A stretch of 64,000 nt of DNA from Candidatus Heimdallarchaeota archaeon. Lineage in GTDB: Archaea > Asgardarchaeota > Heimdallarchaeia > Heimdallarchaeales > Heimdallarchaeaceae. Every line of letters starts with the position of its first letter. The first letter of the stretch is position 1. Below, piece after piece: positions 1 through 10,238 of this stretch. The notes under the pieces were generated by a model. The model was given only the letters and a program-made list of their open reading frames with translations, searched no databases and had not been told where the DNA came from. The translations under genes were made by a program, and so were the position numbers. Where the stretch lies: assembly GCA_030603365.1 (NCBI GenBank), contig JAUVXV010000001.1, positions 1 through 64,000 on the forward strand, written 5' to 3'.

Positions 1-1551
1 TAAAGCACCATTAGAGACATTGGGGTCGTAACCATAGAACACTTCCCATGCATCATCACAACCATCATTGTCAGTATCTGTGTCATTTGGGTCAGTACCA
101 TAAGTATTGACTTCCTCTCCATCAGAGAGACCATCAGAATCAGTATCAGGATCAGTAGGATCAGTTAAACTAGTACACACTTCATAGCCATCATATAATC
201 CATCATCATCAGTATCTATGTCATTTGGGTCAGTACCATAAGTATTGACTTCCTCTCCGTCACTTAATCCATCATTGTCAGTATCTGTGTTATTTGGATC
301 AGTCTCATAGGTATTGACTTCCTCTCCGTCACTTAATCCATCATTGTCAGTATCAGGGTCATCAGGGTCAGTATCATACAGATATATTTCATGAGCATCA
401 TAAACTCCGTCACTATCAGTATCGGTAAAATACAGTTCAGCAGCATCAATTGCTACGTCAGCCTTAAGTACACCCCAACCATAATAATCATCTTTCCCTT
501 CAGCACCTATGTCAGTAGCTGTGATTTTGAGTACATCCTTAACTTGCGCAGGTGTGAGAGTTGGTTGAGCTTCTAATATTAATGCACAAAGCCCAGCTAC
601 ATGAGGTGCTGCCATAGAAGTTCCAGATCCTTTGGCAATATCATCATTTAAAAAAGTGCTCCAAATTTCTGTACCAGGAGCAACAAAATCAAGAGTCTCA
701 CCATAATTACTTGCTTTGCCTGGATCCCATCCCCAATCGGGATATCCAGCTCTTATGTAGTCATCTGAAATGGCACCAACAGAGATTACCTCAGGATATT
801 TCGCAGGGTAAGCTACACCAGTATCCTCATTACCTGCAGCAGCTACGAGTACAACACCTGCATCATAAGCATCCTCAATTGCATTCTTTATTGCTGAACG
901 ATCAATATAACCTCCCCAACTCATGGAGATTATATCTGCACCATTGTTGACCGCCCAATCTATTGCAGCAGCTACTTCTTCAACGTCAACAAAATCTCCG
1001 TCGCTATTCATAATTCTTGCTATTAGAAAATCACATTCAGGTGCAACACCAATCATGCCATCATCATCATCTCGAGCTCCTATAGTTCCTGCACAATGCG
1101 TACCATGACCTAAACCATCATCTGCATTGCTATCACCATAATAAAAGTCCCATTCGTCTACAATTTTACCTACAAAATCATGGTGTAAACCACAAGATTG
1201 TTTATCTATACCACTATCAATCACAGCAACGGTTATCCCATCTCCCGTATAATCTCCTCCAATATCTGTAGCATCTTCATAACCTCCAAAGACTCGTTCT
1301 GCTTCAATGTTATCAACACCCCAATCAAGAGTATCTTCAGAAAATAGTGAGAAACCTCCTTGGTTTTGAGCTATTGACTGGATTATTATTACTTCATTTA
1401 CCATTGATAATACTCTTTCTACTTCAGGTACAAAAACAATATCACTATCTGTTCTTGTAATAGAATAACCATTAACGGTTAAAATAGAAAATATAATTAA
1501 AAAATTTAAAGAGTATATCATAATTTTCTTTCGAATTTTACAATCTCCCAT
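1..1551 (-). CDS. Secreted subtilisin-like S8 serine protease with C-terminal TSP3-like Ca-binding repeats (3' end runs off window; not in ORF track)
   Basis: Manual translation from ATG 1551 (or 1521): hydrophobic N-terminus; catalytic motifs [15 protein letters not shown] and [11 protein letters not shown]; then [21 protein letters not shown] repeats. The frame is open to position 1. Confidence 0.93.
   Translation of the reverse strand, partial: MGDCKIRKKIMIYSLNFLIIFSILTVNGYSITRTDSDIVFVPEVERVLSMVNEVIIIQSIAQNQGGFSLFSEDTLDWGVDNIEAERVFGGYEDATDIGGDYTGDGITVAVIDSGIDKQSCGLHHDFVGKIVDEWDFYYGDSNADDGLGHGTHCAGTIGARDDDDGMIGVAPECDFLIARIMNSDGDFVDVEEVAAAIDWAVNNGADIISMSWGGYIDRSAIKNAIEDAYDAGVVLVAAAGNEDTGVAYPAKYPEVISVGAISDDYIRAGYPDWGWDPGKASNYGETLDFVAPGTEIWSTFLNDDIAKGSGTSMAAPHVAGLCALILEAQPTLTPAQVKDVLKITATDIGAEGKDDYYGWGVLKADVAIDAAELYFTDTDSDGVYDAHEIYLYDTDPDDPDTDNDGLSDGEEVNTYETDPNNTDTDNDGLSDGEEVNTYGTDPNDIDTDDDGLYDGYEVCTSLTDPTDPDTDSDGLSDGEEVNTYGTDPNDTDTDNDGCDDAWEVFYGYDPNVSNGAL
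19..426 (-). repeat. About 6 coding tandem repeats of 69 nt (23 aa, DxDxDGLxDGxE..YxTDP; thrombospondin type 3-like)
   Basis: Near-identical units such as gtcatttgggtcagtaccataagtattgacttcctctcc recur with 69-nt periodicity (units begin near 63, 132, 201, 270, 339). Confidence 0.88.
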
Positions 1552-1663
1552 TCTAGTACACCAAATTGGAGTTAAAATTTTATCTTTATAAATATTACTG
1601 TTTCTTTTATCAATTTAACCGTTTGTTAATTTATAATGGAAAAACTAATATGTTTAACACAAT

Positions 1664-2374
1664 ATGTTAAATATAATGCGTTTTAAGGTTTCTTCCAAAC
1701 AAATTATGATTACCTTGATTCTGTGTCTTATTGTTACTTCAGTAACTGGACTTGTTTTTTCTCTGATTGAACCATATGATGAACCTTATAATTTGTATAT
1801 TAGACTGACTGACATATCATGGCCTCCTTCTCCAGATCATACTTCACAAAAAGAAACATACGTTACTTATGGGGTTCCTATGGTTTTTGAGCTATGGAAT
1901 CCTTCGAATAAAACCTATGTACACTCAACACCACATAGCAATTTATTAGACCCTCAAATGAAAATAAAATTAGACGAAAATTATACTTTTGATGCAGGTT
2001 ATATGTTTTGGATTCATCTATCAACCCATGAAATTAGACCAGGAGTAACTGTAAAAGAAGCAATTATGTCGGTACAGATAAATGTTTACAATGAATCTAT
2101 CCCTCCATCTGGTAACTATACTGTTTGGGCAGGAATTGTTGGGGATCCTGAACTCTATGGTATCCCACCATTCAACTACACATTTTACAAAACAGTCATC
2201 TATCAGGATTATAATGACAGCATAATAGAGTATGCACCTGTTCCTGAAAATTGGGGAGCAATTTTCCCTTCATATTGGAAGCACCTCCCCACTCTTCTTT
2301 GGTCTTTCTCAGGTGTTGAACTCACGGCAATTGTCTATCTGTTGATAAGGAATTATAAGAAAAAAACTAGATGA
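1664..2374 (+). CDS. Hypothetical membrane-anchored protein (N- and C-terminal hydrophobic helices, Asn-x-Ser/Thr sequons)
   Basis: ORF track; hydrophobic ends, basic C-terminal tail. Confidence 0.7.
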   Translation: MLNIMRFKVSSKQIMITLILCLIVTSVTGLVFSLIEPYDEPYNLYIRLTDISWPPSPDHTSQKETYVTYGVPMVFELWNPSNKTYVHSTPHSNLLDPQMKIKLDENYTFDAGYMFWIHLSTHEIRPGVTVKEAIMSVQINVYNESIPPSGNYTVWAGIVGDPELYGIPPFNYTFYKTVIYQDYNDSIIEYAPVPENWGAIFPSYWKHLPTLLWSFSGVELTAIVYLLIRNYKKKTR

Positions 2375-2513
2375 AGATCTGTTAGTGTTACGCTGTTACA
2401 CTTGTGTTCAGAAAATATGATTTTTGGTAAATAATCATGTTATATTCACATCCACTGAATCCCTATTAGCTTTGGTCAAATTAAAGATTCTAAAGACCTA
2501 TTTAGAACCCTAT

Positions 2514-3224
2514 CTATAACGTATAGAAAGAATCTTCCCAAATTCTGAAAATATCCTTGGTAATGAAAGAAGAGACGAAATTCACATGTTTTGAGATTTC
2601 TGAATGAGTAGTTCTAGTTGTATCTTCAATAATCTCATAAGTCAGAACCGATGATTTTCCAATATACTGCGCAAAATACTTATCCACAGTATAGAAAACT
2701 GCCACTGTAAAGGTATAAGGGGGATACTGTTTTCGTTTTGATGCAGGTATTTTCTGTAATATTCGATCACTTATCATTAGTAGAAGTTTCTTATATGCTT
2801 GAATATTCATCTTGTATTTATTTAACACCCTTGCTCGTACCTTTAGGCTAGAACTAATAAGTGAAAGAACAGTGGTGATATAATCTTCACTCTCTAGAAA
2901 AATTGTTTCTACTTCTTTTAATTCTAATTTTCTCAACATCTTTACTAATTGACTCTCTGATATACTTTGTCCCATAATTTTGAAAGCTGTAATGATCTTA
3001 ATAGGCAAAATATTACTATTGTGTTCTCTTAAAGCAAAAAGAAGGCATAAAGCTGATAAGAGGATACTGTTAGAAATATTCTCTTGATATACTTCACTGT
3101 AGTTTTCAAATAAGAATAAGGCTCGCTTCTTTATTTTTCCAGGTATACTAAAGAACTCACAAATAGATTCTATAAGTTCCTGATTGCTTACATCTGGTGG
3201 TGATGGTTTAAGTCCTTTAGCCAT
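2514..3224 (-). CDS. TFIIB/cyclin-fold protein, probably 5'-truncated (frame open without a start codon up to 3341)
   Basis: Two helical cyclin-like repeats (IESICEFFSIP...LSALCLLFALRE; PYTFTVAVFY...LTYEIIEDTT); no zinc ribbon. Confidence 0.6.
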   Translation of the reverse strand: MAKGLKPSPPDVSNQELIESICEFFSIPGKIKKRALFLFENYSEVYQENISNSILLSALCLLFALREHNSNILPIKIITAFKIMGQSISESQLVKMLRKLELKEVETIFLESEDYITTVLSLISSSLKVRARVLNKYKMNIQAYKKLLLMISDRILQKIPASKRKQYPPYTFTVAVFYTVDKYFAQYIGKSSVLTYEIIEDTTRTTHSEISKHVNFVSSFITKDIFRIWEDSFYTL

Positions 3225-3330
3225 ATGTAAGTGAGTTCTGATGTCTGCATAAAGATCATCCGTACAGTATTTGAAAGCGAATTCCGAGTGTTCTCGAATA
3301 ATAAATTCTGCAACTTCAGTAAGTTTTCCT

Positions 3331-3435
3331 GTTGATTTTTGTTACAGGATTGGTTTGGATTATGTTTCCTGTAGTCCTTTCAGAGTACCTATAGCACGTC
3401 TTGCAGCAGCACATGCAACTTTGAAAAACAAATAA
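3331..3435 (+). pseudogene. ppdK: 3' remnant of pyruvate phosphate dikinase
   Basis: Translates to [34 protein letters not shown], the characteristic PPDK C-terminus; no start codon or upstream PPDK sequence. Confidence 0.85.
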
Positions 3436-3469
3436 TTCTATTTTTCTTTTTTTCTTCTTTTCTATTTTT

Positions 3470-4420
3470 CTATAACGTGATTATTCTATCAATACTATCT
3501 AAGAAAAATCCTACATCTTCTATGAATTCAAAAAGCAATCTAACTAAATCTGACTTAAGCGAAGTTCTATGTAGTGCAATAAGCTCATCTAACATCTGTA
3601 TGTTTGTTTTTGTATTTGCAAATTCAGTGTAAATTCCAATAATGTCTTTTTCTTGCAAAGTGCTTAATAGATTTTCTAAAATTTCCAAAATGAAATACAT
3701 TTTGTTATTTATATCCCCTGATTCACTGTAACTTTCAAGCATGATTTTTGTAGATATCTCTTGAGCTTTAGAAGCAATGTCCTCATAAGCTATATCGAGC
3801 ATTTCTACAACTAAATCATCAACCATTATTTCATCTGGTTTCTCTTCAGTTGGTACCTCTGACACTTCTAACTTGTGAGTTGTTTCCTTAATCTCTTCAT
3901 CTAACCATTTAACAAATGATGGAGTAATGATAGGTTTTCGTTCTAGAAGTGTGTCTGCGGAAGTAAAATCTTCTTGCTTTGGTTTGGGATGAAAATACTG
4001 ATTCTTAATCGTCGAATGAGTGGTATATTCAGGATAATTCTCATAAACGTACTCTATTAACTGACGTAAACCATAGTTTTTGAAGTCATAACATAGATCT
4101 TGGATAACTTGATCATATATCTCTCCAAAGTCATTTTCAAGGATGTATTGTTCTCCATAATCAGTAATTTGATAGCGATGTAGGACTTCTGGACCAGATT
4201 TTTCAACTTCTTCGTGCTCAATGTACCCGTAATCAATCAGGTGTTGGATGTCCTCTTGCACCACCTGACAATAGGGACCAAATTTAAAGGGTATGAACCC
4301 ATATCCCGTTTGAATGTGATAATTCTTCTCTAGAAGAAATAATAGCTTCTGAAACTGCACTCTCCCATTAACAAATCCCATGTGTTTCAGTAATAACAAT
4401 AGTGTTGAATAACGGGACAT
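3470..4420 (-). CDS. YwgA/SocA(Panacea)-like winged-helix protein with acidic helical C-terminal extension
   Basis: GRVQFQKLLFLL, FIPFKFGPY, YQITDYG and LIEYVYENYPEY motifs. Confidence 0.6.
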   Translation of the reverse strand: MSRYSTLLLLLKHMGFVNGRVQFQKLLFLLEKNYHIQTGYGFIPFKFGPYCQVVQEDIQHLIDYGYIEHEEVEKSGPEVLHRYQITDYGEQYILENDFGEIYDQVIQDLCYDFKNYGLRQLIEYVYENYPEYTTHSTIKNQYFHPKPKQEDFTSADTLLERKPIITPSFVKWLDEEIKETTHKLEVSEVPTEEKPDEIMVDDLVVEMLDIAYEDIASKAQEISTKIMLESYSESGDINNKMYFILEILENLLSTLQEKDIIGIYTEFANTKTNIQMLDELIALHRTSLKSDLVRLLFEFIEDVGFFLDSIDRIITL

Positions 4421-4492
4421 CTTAATATATTAGTAAGAGATTAATATATAAACTCATAAAAACCTAAAGGACATGCAATTAGGGTGCTTTTT

Positions 4493-5608
4493 TCATACTG
4501 CAATTCTATACACAATATTTTCACGATATCCTGTAACTACCCTAACATACCCACATAACAAGCTGTCTAATTCATTATCTCCTGTATCAACTAGTAATGG
4601 TTGACCACTTAGTGAGTTAATTTTCTGTTTTGTAGCAACTACTATAATGTTGTTTTTTCCTACATTCCTGATTACTGCAGGGCTTAATTGCTGATTACCC
4701 CTACCAAGTAAGAAACCTTGACCACCGATGGGGGTGACTATCAATTTAGCTTTTTTTTCCTTTATGTGTTCTAGCAACTTCTTTTCGTTCAGATCCTTTT
4801 CAATGAGTTGCTTCCTATAAATGAGATCTACACCCAACAATGTATACTCAAGTTCTATATTCTCCATAATTGTTCTAGTAGTTGTTCCAGGACCAATAAT
4901 ATAGAAGTAATCTTCATCCATATTTTCTATGATTTCTTGAGCTAATGCTTCTTGGGAATAATGTTCATCTGCTAAACTACTTGCTTTCAATCCTTGGACA
5001 TGTTGTTTTTCATAAGGGATTTTCAAATAACCATAGAGCTTTGCAGATATAATCCCTGTTCTAAAAGCTTCTTCATCAATATCCATAACTTCTGCTTCTT
5101 TCAGCTCTTTCACTCTTCCTTGGATATATGAAACAGTTAAGTCACCAGCTCTAAATGGATTGCAAGCATAAACAGCTGAATGCATTTTAACTCCCGTGGG
5201 GATACCAAGTACAACTACATCATCTCCAATAGCATTGTAAATGTCTCGCGCCGTTCCATCTCCTCCAGCAAAAAGTAAAAGATCAATTTCAAGCTTACAC
5301 AAATCTCTAGAAGCTTGTTGAGTGTCGTCAGCAGTAGTGTTCCCTTTTACTATGGACCCAATAACTTTCGGATCGAAACCACATTGCCTAGCTACTGTCT
5401 CTCCCATTTCACCTGGATAAGTTATTAACTCAATCTCATTTTTAAGAAAAACAAGCCTTTCCAGCGTCTTGATTGTACGTTGTGGTGATATTTGTTCGGC
5501 CCCCAATTTTATAGCTTCTTCCAGAATCGCTAGTCCATCAGTCCCTTTAAGTCCAACTTTACCACCCATGCCGGCAATGGGATTTACAATCAAACCTATT
5601 TTTTTCAA
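4493..5608 (-). CDS. ATP-NAD kinase-like protein (AcoX family)
   Basis: IVNPIAGMGG, GGDGTARD, GIPTGVKMHS, GQGFLLGRGNQQ. Confidence 0.85.
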   Translation of the reverse strand: MKKIGLIVNPIAGMGGKVGLKGTDGLAILEEAIKLGAEQISPQRTIKTLERLVFLKNEIELITYPGEMGETVARQCGFDPKVIGSIVKGNTTADDTQQASRDLCKLEIDLLLFAGGDGTARDIYNAIGDDVVVLGIPTGVKMHSAVYACNPFRAGDLTVSYIQGRVKELKEAEVMDIDEEAFRTGIISAKLYGYLKIPYEKQHVQGLKASSLADEHYSQEALAQEIIENMDEDYFYIIGPGTTTRTIMENIELEYTLLGVDLIYRKQLIEKDLNEKKLLEHIKEKKAKLIVTPIGGQGFLLGRGNQQLSPAVIRNVGKNNIIVVATKQKINSLSGQPLLVDTGDNELDSLLCGYVRVVTGYRENIVYRIAV

Positions 5609-5630
5609 TCAAATCATCCTTTTACAATTC

Positions 5631-7181
5631 TTACTTCTTACTTTTCTTCAGATAAGACCTCCAAGTAATAGCCCATCTAGCAGGATCATCTAACGGATCA
5701 TGATTAATTTTATGTACAACACTTCTGTGAGGAGCGCTCTTGACAAAATCTGGTTTTTCATATGCTTCCTCAACTACTTTTTTTAATCCAGCAATGTATT
5801 CATCAAGTTCAGCTTTCGAATAGGATTCAGTGGGTTCAAGAGTGAAAGGTTGAGGGACAATAAATGGATGATGACTAGACCACATATGGAATCCAAAATC
5901 TGCCATACGACAAGTAATGTCTTCAGTTGTTACTCCTGTCTCTTTGTAAAGCTCATCCCAACTATAACGAACTTGTTCAATTCGATGCCTTCCTTTCGCA
6001 TATGGAGCACTTGCTCCACGAATTTCTAGTATCTTCTTCAAAAGATAATTATTATTTAGTACAGCTATTTCAGATACTTCTTTTAACCCATCCTTACCTA
6101 AACTCATAATCCAAGAATATGCTTTCAATATGGCAGGAACTACCCCAAAGAAAGCTCTAACCTTACCAATGCTTCTTGGGATATTATAGTTAAGATAGTA
6201 TTTTGTTTCATCATATTCAACCAATGGAACAGGTAAGAATTGTATGAACTCTTTGGATACACCAAGAGCTCCAGATGCAGGACCTCCACAGCCATGAGGA
6301 GAAGAAAAAGTTTTGTGAAGATTAAAGAAACAAAAATCAAAATCAGCTTCTTTAGCTCTAGTAATCCCTAAGATACCATTAGCATTAGCTTGGTCATAGC
6401 CACAAACACCACCAACCTCATGAACAATTCTAGTAAATTCTTTTATCTTAGGATTAAAGATACCTGTATCTTCTGGATTAGTAATTAATAGACCTGCAGT
6501 ACGGTCAGAAACAGCTGTTTTAAGAGCTTCAACATCGGGTAATCCGTCTTCATTTGGGTAAATATTGATGACTCTGTATCCTTTTACGTTAGGCGCAGCA
6601 GCATCTGAAGGATGAGAAAACATAGTAGAAATGATCTCATCACGTTTTTCTGATTCTCCATTAGCTTCATGGTACGCATGAATAATAGAAACCATAGCGA
6701 ATATTGCTTGACTTCCACCACCTGGTTGGAATGTAAACTTATCTAGACCTGAAATTTCCCTGAGAAATAGATCTAATTTGTAGATTATCTCCAAGATTCC
6801 TTGGACAGTGCTTTCATCTTGTGACGGGTGAAGTTCCGTAAACTTTGGCGAGGTAGCAAATTGTTCATTGATTTTTGGACTATATTTCATTGTGCATGTT
6901 CCTTGCCCAATATCAACATTCAAATCTGCTCCAAGGGTTTGTTGAGAAATACGAAGATAGTGTTTTAGAACTTGCATTTGGGAAAGTTCAGGTAAATTCG
7001 GAGGTTGTTTTCTTATCATATTTTTTGGAAGTTTGGAAATTCCATTACCAACAATTTCCTTAATCTCCTTCTCAATCTCTGGAAATAAAATACCGCGTTC
7101 ACCTTTACTACTTAATTCGTAAATAACAGGTTCATCCCATTTAGCTTGATGAAAATTCCTTACTTTGGTTTTCCTTTGCAT
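5631..7181 (-). CDS. gcvPB: Glycine dehydrogenase (GcvP) subunit 2-like, PLP-dependent
   Basis: GTCTMKYSPK, YDQANAN, PLP lysine in NLHKTFSSPHGCGGP, EPTES. Confidence 0.88.
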   Translation of the reverse strand: MQRKTKVRNFHQAKWDEPVIYELSSKGERGILFPEIEKEIKEIVGNGISKLPKNMIRKQPPNLPELSQMQVLKHYLRISQQTLGADLNVDIGQGTCTMKYSPKINEQFATSPKFTELHPSQDESTVQGILEIIYKLDLFLREISGLDKFTFQPGGGSQAIFAMVSIIHAYHEANGESEKRDEIISTMFSHPSDAAAPNVKGYRVINIYPNEDGLPDVEALKTAVSDRTAGLLITNPEDTGIFNPKIKEFTRIVHEVGGVCGYDQANANGILGITRAKEADFDFCFFNLHKTFSSPHGCGGPASGALGVSKEFIQFLPVPLVEYDETKYYLNYNIPRSIGKVRAFFGVVPAILKAYSWIMSLGKDGLKEVSEIAVLNNNYLLKKILEIRGASAPYAKGRHRIEQVRYSWDELYKETGVTTEDITCRMADFGFHMWSSHHPFIVPQPFTLEPTESYSKAELDEYIAGLKKVVEEAYEKPDFVKSAPHRSVVHKINHDPLDDPARWAITWRSYLKKSKK

Positions 7182-7182
7182 C

Positions 7183-8592
7183 TCAAATCCCTCCTTGATT
7201 TAGGATTTCATCTAACGTTTGAACAAGTCGATCAATATCTTCTTTTGAATGAACCTCTGTTATACAATAGGCGGAACAGTTTCCTAGCTCTGGAAACTCT
7301 CTAGAAATATTTTTACCACCAAATATGCCTTTCCTGAGAAGGGCTTTGTTTATATTATCAACATTTTTTCCTGTATCATTGAAGTCCACAATAAATTCTT
7401 TGAAGTGAGATGATTGAAGGAATGGTATTCTTACTCCTTTAATTTCTGAAAGCTTCTTTAGAGCATATTGTGATTTTTGCACGATTACTTGACCTAATTC
7501 TTGTATTCCTTGTGGTCCAGCCAATGCCAAATATACTCCCGCTGTAATCCCCCATAACGCAGTAGCTGTTCCTATAAACTCTTTACCTTCAATTCTATCA
7601 TGAAAAGATGTTCGATCATATGTTACATCCCCAAACCCATGCTCACCTTCAACAATAGTAGTAGTAATACCAAAAAGTCTAGAAGGATACTCCATTACAA
7701 AGCGTTCTTCATCTCTGGTTGCAATAAAACCTGCTTGTCCTCCACCAAATTGCATGTGTATACCTAGCGCTTGAATATCCCCACAAACGATATCTGCACC
7801 ATAATTGCTGGGAGGTATAAGGATACCAAGGGAAATAGGATCTACTCCTACAAGACTTAATGCTCCATATTTGTGTGCAATATCTGAAATAGTCTCGCCT
7901 TGGTCATCTATAATACCAAGGTATGAAGGATTTTCAAAATATACTGCAGCTGTTTTAGTAGAAATTTTCGACTTTAAATCTTTTAAGTCTAGTTTTCCAG
8001 TTTCTTTATCATAACCAATTAGTTTAATTTCAACAGTAGGTGAGCAATAATTTCTAATTATAGAGAGTCTATCAGGAGAAATTGATCCAGCTATAAGTAC
8101 TTCAAAACGTTTAGTTATCCTTCCAGCCATTCTTATTGAAGTACTAGCAGCTTGTCCCCAATCGTAAGTTGGCACATTCACTACATCCATGTCCAAAAGC
8201 TCTCCCATCATACTAGCATATTCAAAAAGCGATTGAAACCTTCCATGGTCCTCATAGGGTTCGCCAGCATAGGCTGTTAGAAATTCGGATCGTTGATTAA
8301 TTTCATCACATATTGCGGGAACATAATGTTGCCAGCAATCTCCTCCTAAGAAACTAAGGTTTTCTTGACAAGTTTGATTTTTTGATAGAATGTATTCCAC
8401 ATGTTTTTTTAGAGCATATTCCGATAGTAAGGGGTCAGGCAAATTCATTTCATCTTTAAACCTTAAATCATCAGGAATATCCTCATACAGTGTTTCAATA
8501 TCTTTAACACCGATCTCTTCTAGCATCTTTTCTTTTACTTCTGGAACAGAATTCGGGATGTAGGGGTGAATAATTGTTTTCTTCTTATCCAT
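7183..8592 (-). CDS. gcvPA: Glycine dehydrogenase (GcvP) subunit 1-like
   Basis: HPYIPN, HYVPA, RSEFLTAY, DPISLG, CITEVH; directly upstream of gcvPB. Confidence 0.88.
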   Translation of the reverse strand: MDKKKTIIHPYIPNSVPEVKEKMLEEIGVKDIETLYEDIPDDLRFKDEMNLPDPLLSEYALKKHVEYILSKNQTCQENLSFLGGDCWQHYVPAICDEINQRSEFLTAYAGEPYEDHGRFQSLFEYASMMGELLDMDVVNVPTYDWGQAASTSIRMAGRITKRFEVLIAGSISPDRLSIIRNYCSPTVEIKLIGYDKETGKLDLKDLKSKISTKTAAVYFENPSYLGIIDDQGETISDIAHKYGALSLVGVDPISLGILIPPSNYGADIVCGDIQALGIHMQFGGGQAGFIATRDEERFVMEYPSRLFGITTTIVEGEHGFGDVTYDRTSFHDRIEGKEFIGTATALWGITAGVYLALAGPQGIQELGQVIVQKSQYALKKLSEIKGVRIPFLQSSHFKEFIVDFNDTGKNVDNINKALLRKGIFGGKNISREFPELGNCSAYCITEVHSKEDIDRLVQTLDEILNQGGI

Positions 8593-8642
8593 AAAATGCT
8601 CCTCCGATATAATCTATACATGTATTTTCTAGAACTATGAAC

Positions 8643-9434
8643 TCAAGCTAAACCTCCACCATCAACAATTATTGAAGTCCCAGTTACCCAACTTGAAAGG
8701 TCACTTGCAAGATAAAGAACAGTATTTGCTACATCTTCAGGGATCCCTACACGATTGAGAGGGCGATCTGCAGCTTCTTTCATGAACATTTCTTCATCTA
8801 CACCTAGCTGTTTTGCTTCTCCTCGTAATAGTGGAGTATCGATATCGCCAGGACAAACACAATTAACACGAATGCCATCTTTACCATGATCAATTGCCAT
8901 AGCTCGTGTCATGTTTACCACGCCACCCTTGGCTGCACAGTAGGCAACTGCATTAGGTCCTCCTTTAATGCCCCAACCAGAACCAGTATTAATAATGCTC
9001 CCACCTTTCCCTTTGATCATAATTGGAATTACTTGCTTGGAAAGGAGATAAATTGCTTTCAAGTTAACATCCATTGTTAAATCCCAGTCTTTTTCTTCTA
9101 AATCTAAAACGTTCTTTCGACGTATCACACCAGCATTATTAAAAAGAATATCAATTCTTCCAAACTCTTTGTAAATATCTTCAACTGTTATCTTGCTTTC
9201 AGAATCAGCAGTAACATCACAGAGGAAAAATTTGGCTTTTCCCCCTGTTTCCAAAATTTGTTCCATTACTCCCAAACCATCAGATTCATTAATGTCAATT
9301 AAAGCAACAGTAGCACCCACTTCTGCTAGAAGTTTTGCTGTGATTAATCCGATACCAGATGCTGCCCCTGTAACTATAGCAACTTTTCCTTCTAAAGAAA
9401 TGAGGTCTAAAATCCGTTTATATTTTGTTTCCAT
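8643..9434 (-). CDS. Short-chain dehydrogenase/reductase
   Basis: TGAASGIG, NNAG, YCAAK. Confidence 0.93.
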   Translation of the reverse strand: METKYKRILDLISLEGKVAIVTGAASGIGLITAKLLAEVGATVALIDINESDGLGVMEQILETGGKAKFFLCDVTADSESKITVEDIYKEFGRIDILFNNAGVIRRKNVLDLEEKDWDLTMDVNLKAIYLLSKQVIPIMIKGKGGSIINTGSGWGIKGGPNAVAYCAAKGGVVNMTRAMAIDHGKDGIRVNCVCPGDIDTPLLRGEAKQLGVDEEMFMKEAADRPLNRVGIPEDVANTVLYLASDLSSWVTGTSIIVDGGGLA

Positions 9435-9461
9435 CGCGATCTACTCGAGTGTTTTTCCTAA

Positions 9462-10238
9462 TCATTCATCCATTGGTGTGAATGGTCCTGCTGTTTCTCC
9501 ACCATCAATAGCTATTGCTTGACCTGTAATATAAGCTGCTTCGGAAGATGCTAAAAATGCGAATAAATTGGCAACTTCTTCAGGTTCAGCATGACGATTT
9601 AAGGGTATTTTTGAATTAACTACTTTTAGCATCTCTGGGGTATACTCTGCCTTTTGCATAGGTGTAAGAACATAACCAGGACAAATGGCATTTACTCGTA
9701 ACCATGGAGCAAATTCTAGAGCTAAAGATTTGGTTAGGAGGATTACGCCTGCTTTTGAACTGTTATAATCTGCGTAAAAGGGATGCCCTTTAATACCATT
9801 TGTAGATGCAGTGAATAAAACAACTCCAGAACGTTGCTTCTTCATCCTTGTTATTGCTTCTTTTGCACAAAGGAACATTCCGTCTAGATTAACTCGAAGG
9901 ACCTTGGACCATTGCTCATACTCAATCTTCAAGAAGGGTTTACGAAAACTTATACCTGCATTAGAAATTAATATGTCTAAGCCTTCTAATATTTCATCTA
10001 TTTTCTTGAATGCAGTTTTAATCGCATCTGGATTACTCACATCTGCATGAACTCCTCCTTTAAGTTCAGGGATGTTTGTTAATACTTTATCTAGCTCTTC
10101 TTGATTCCAATCAATAATAGCAACTTTAGCTCCTTCATCAATAAAACGTTTAGCTGTTGCTAAGCCAATACCACTTGCACCACCAGTAATGACAACTCTT
10201 TTGCCTTCAAGATTTTTGTATATACCCACGTTAACCAC
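9462..10238 (-). CDS. Short-chain dehydrogenase/reductase
   Basis: TGGASGIG, SNAG, YNSSK. Confidence 0.93.
   Translation of the reverse strand: MVNVGIYKNLEGKRVVITGGASGIGLATAKRFIDEGAKVAIIDWNQEELDKVLTNIPELKGGVHADVSNPDAIKTAFKKIDEILEGLDILISNAGISFRKPFLKIEYEQWSKVLRVNLDGMFLCAKEAITRMKKQRSGVVLFTASTNGIKGHPFYADYNSSKAGVILLTKSLALEFAPWLRVNAICPGYVLTPMQKAEYTPEMLKVVNSKIPLNRHAEPEEVANLFAFLASSEAAYITGQAIAIDGGETAGPFTPMDE

Noticed and set aside
19-426. CRISPR-like periodic repeats
   Set aside because: The 69-nt period is in frame and coding, there are no unique spacers, and no cas genes are present.
391-1108. Three short plus-strand ORFs (391, 711, 923)
   Set aside because: Antisense shadows of the S8 protease. 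The same applies to the other 60-125 aa ORFs overlapping well-supported genes across the window.
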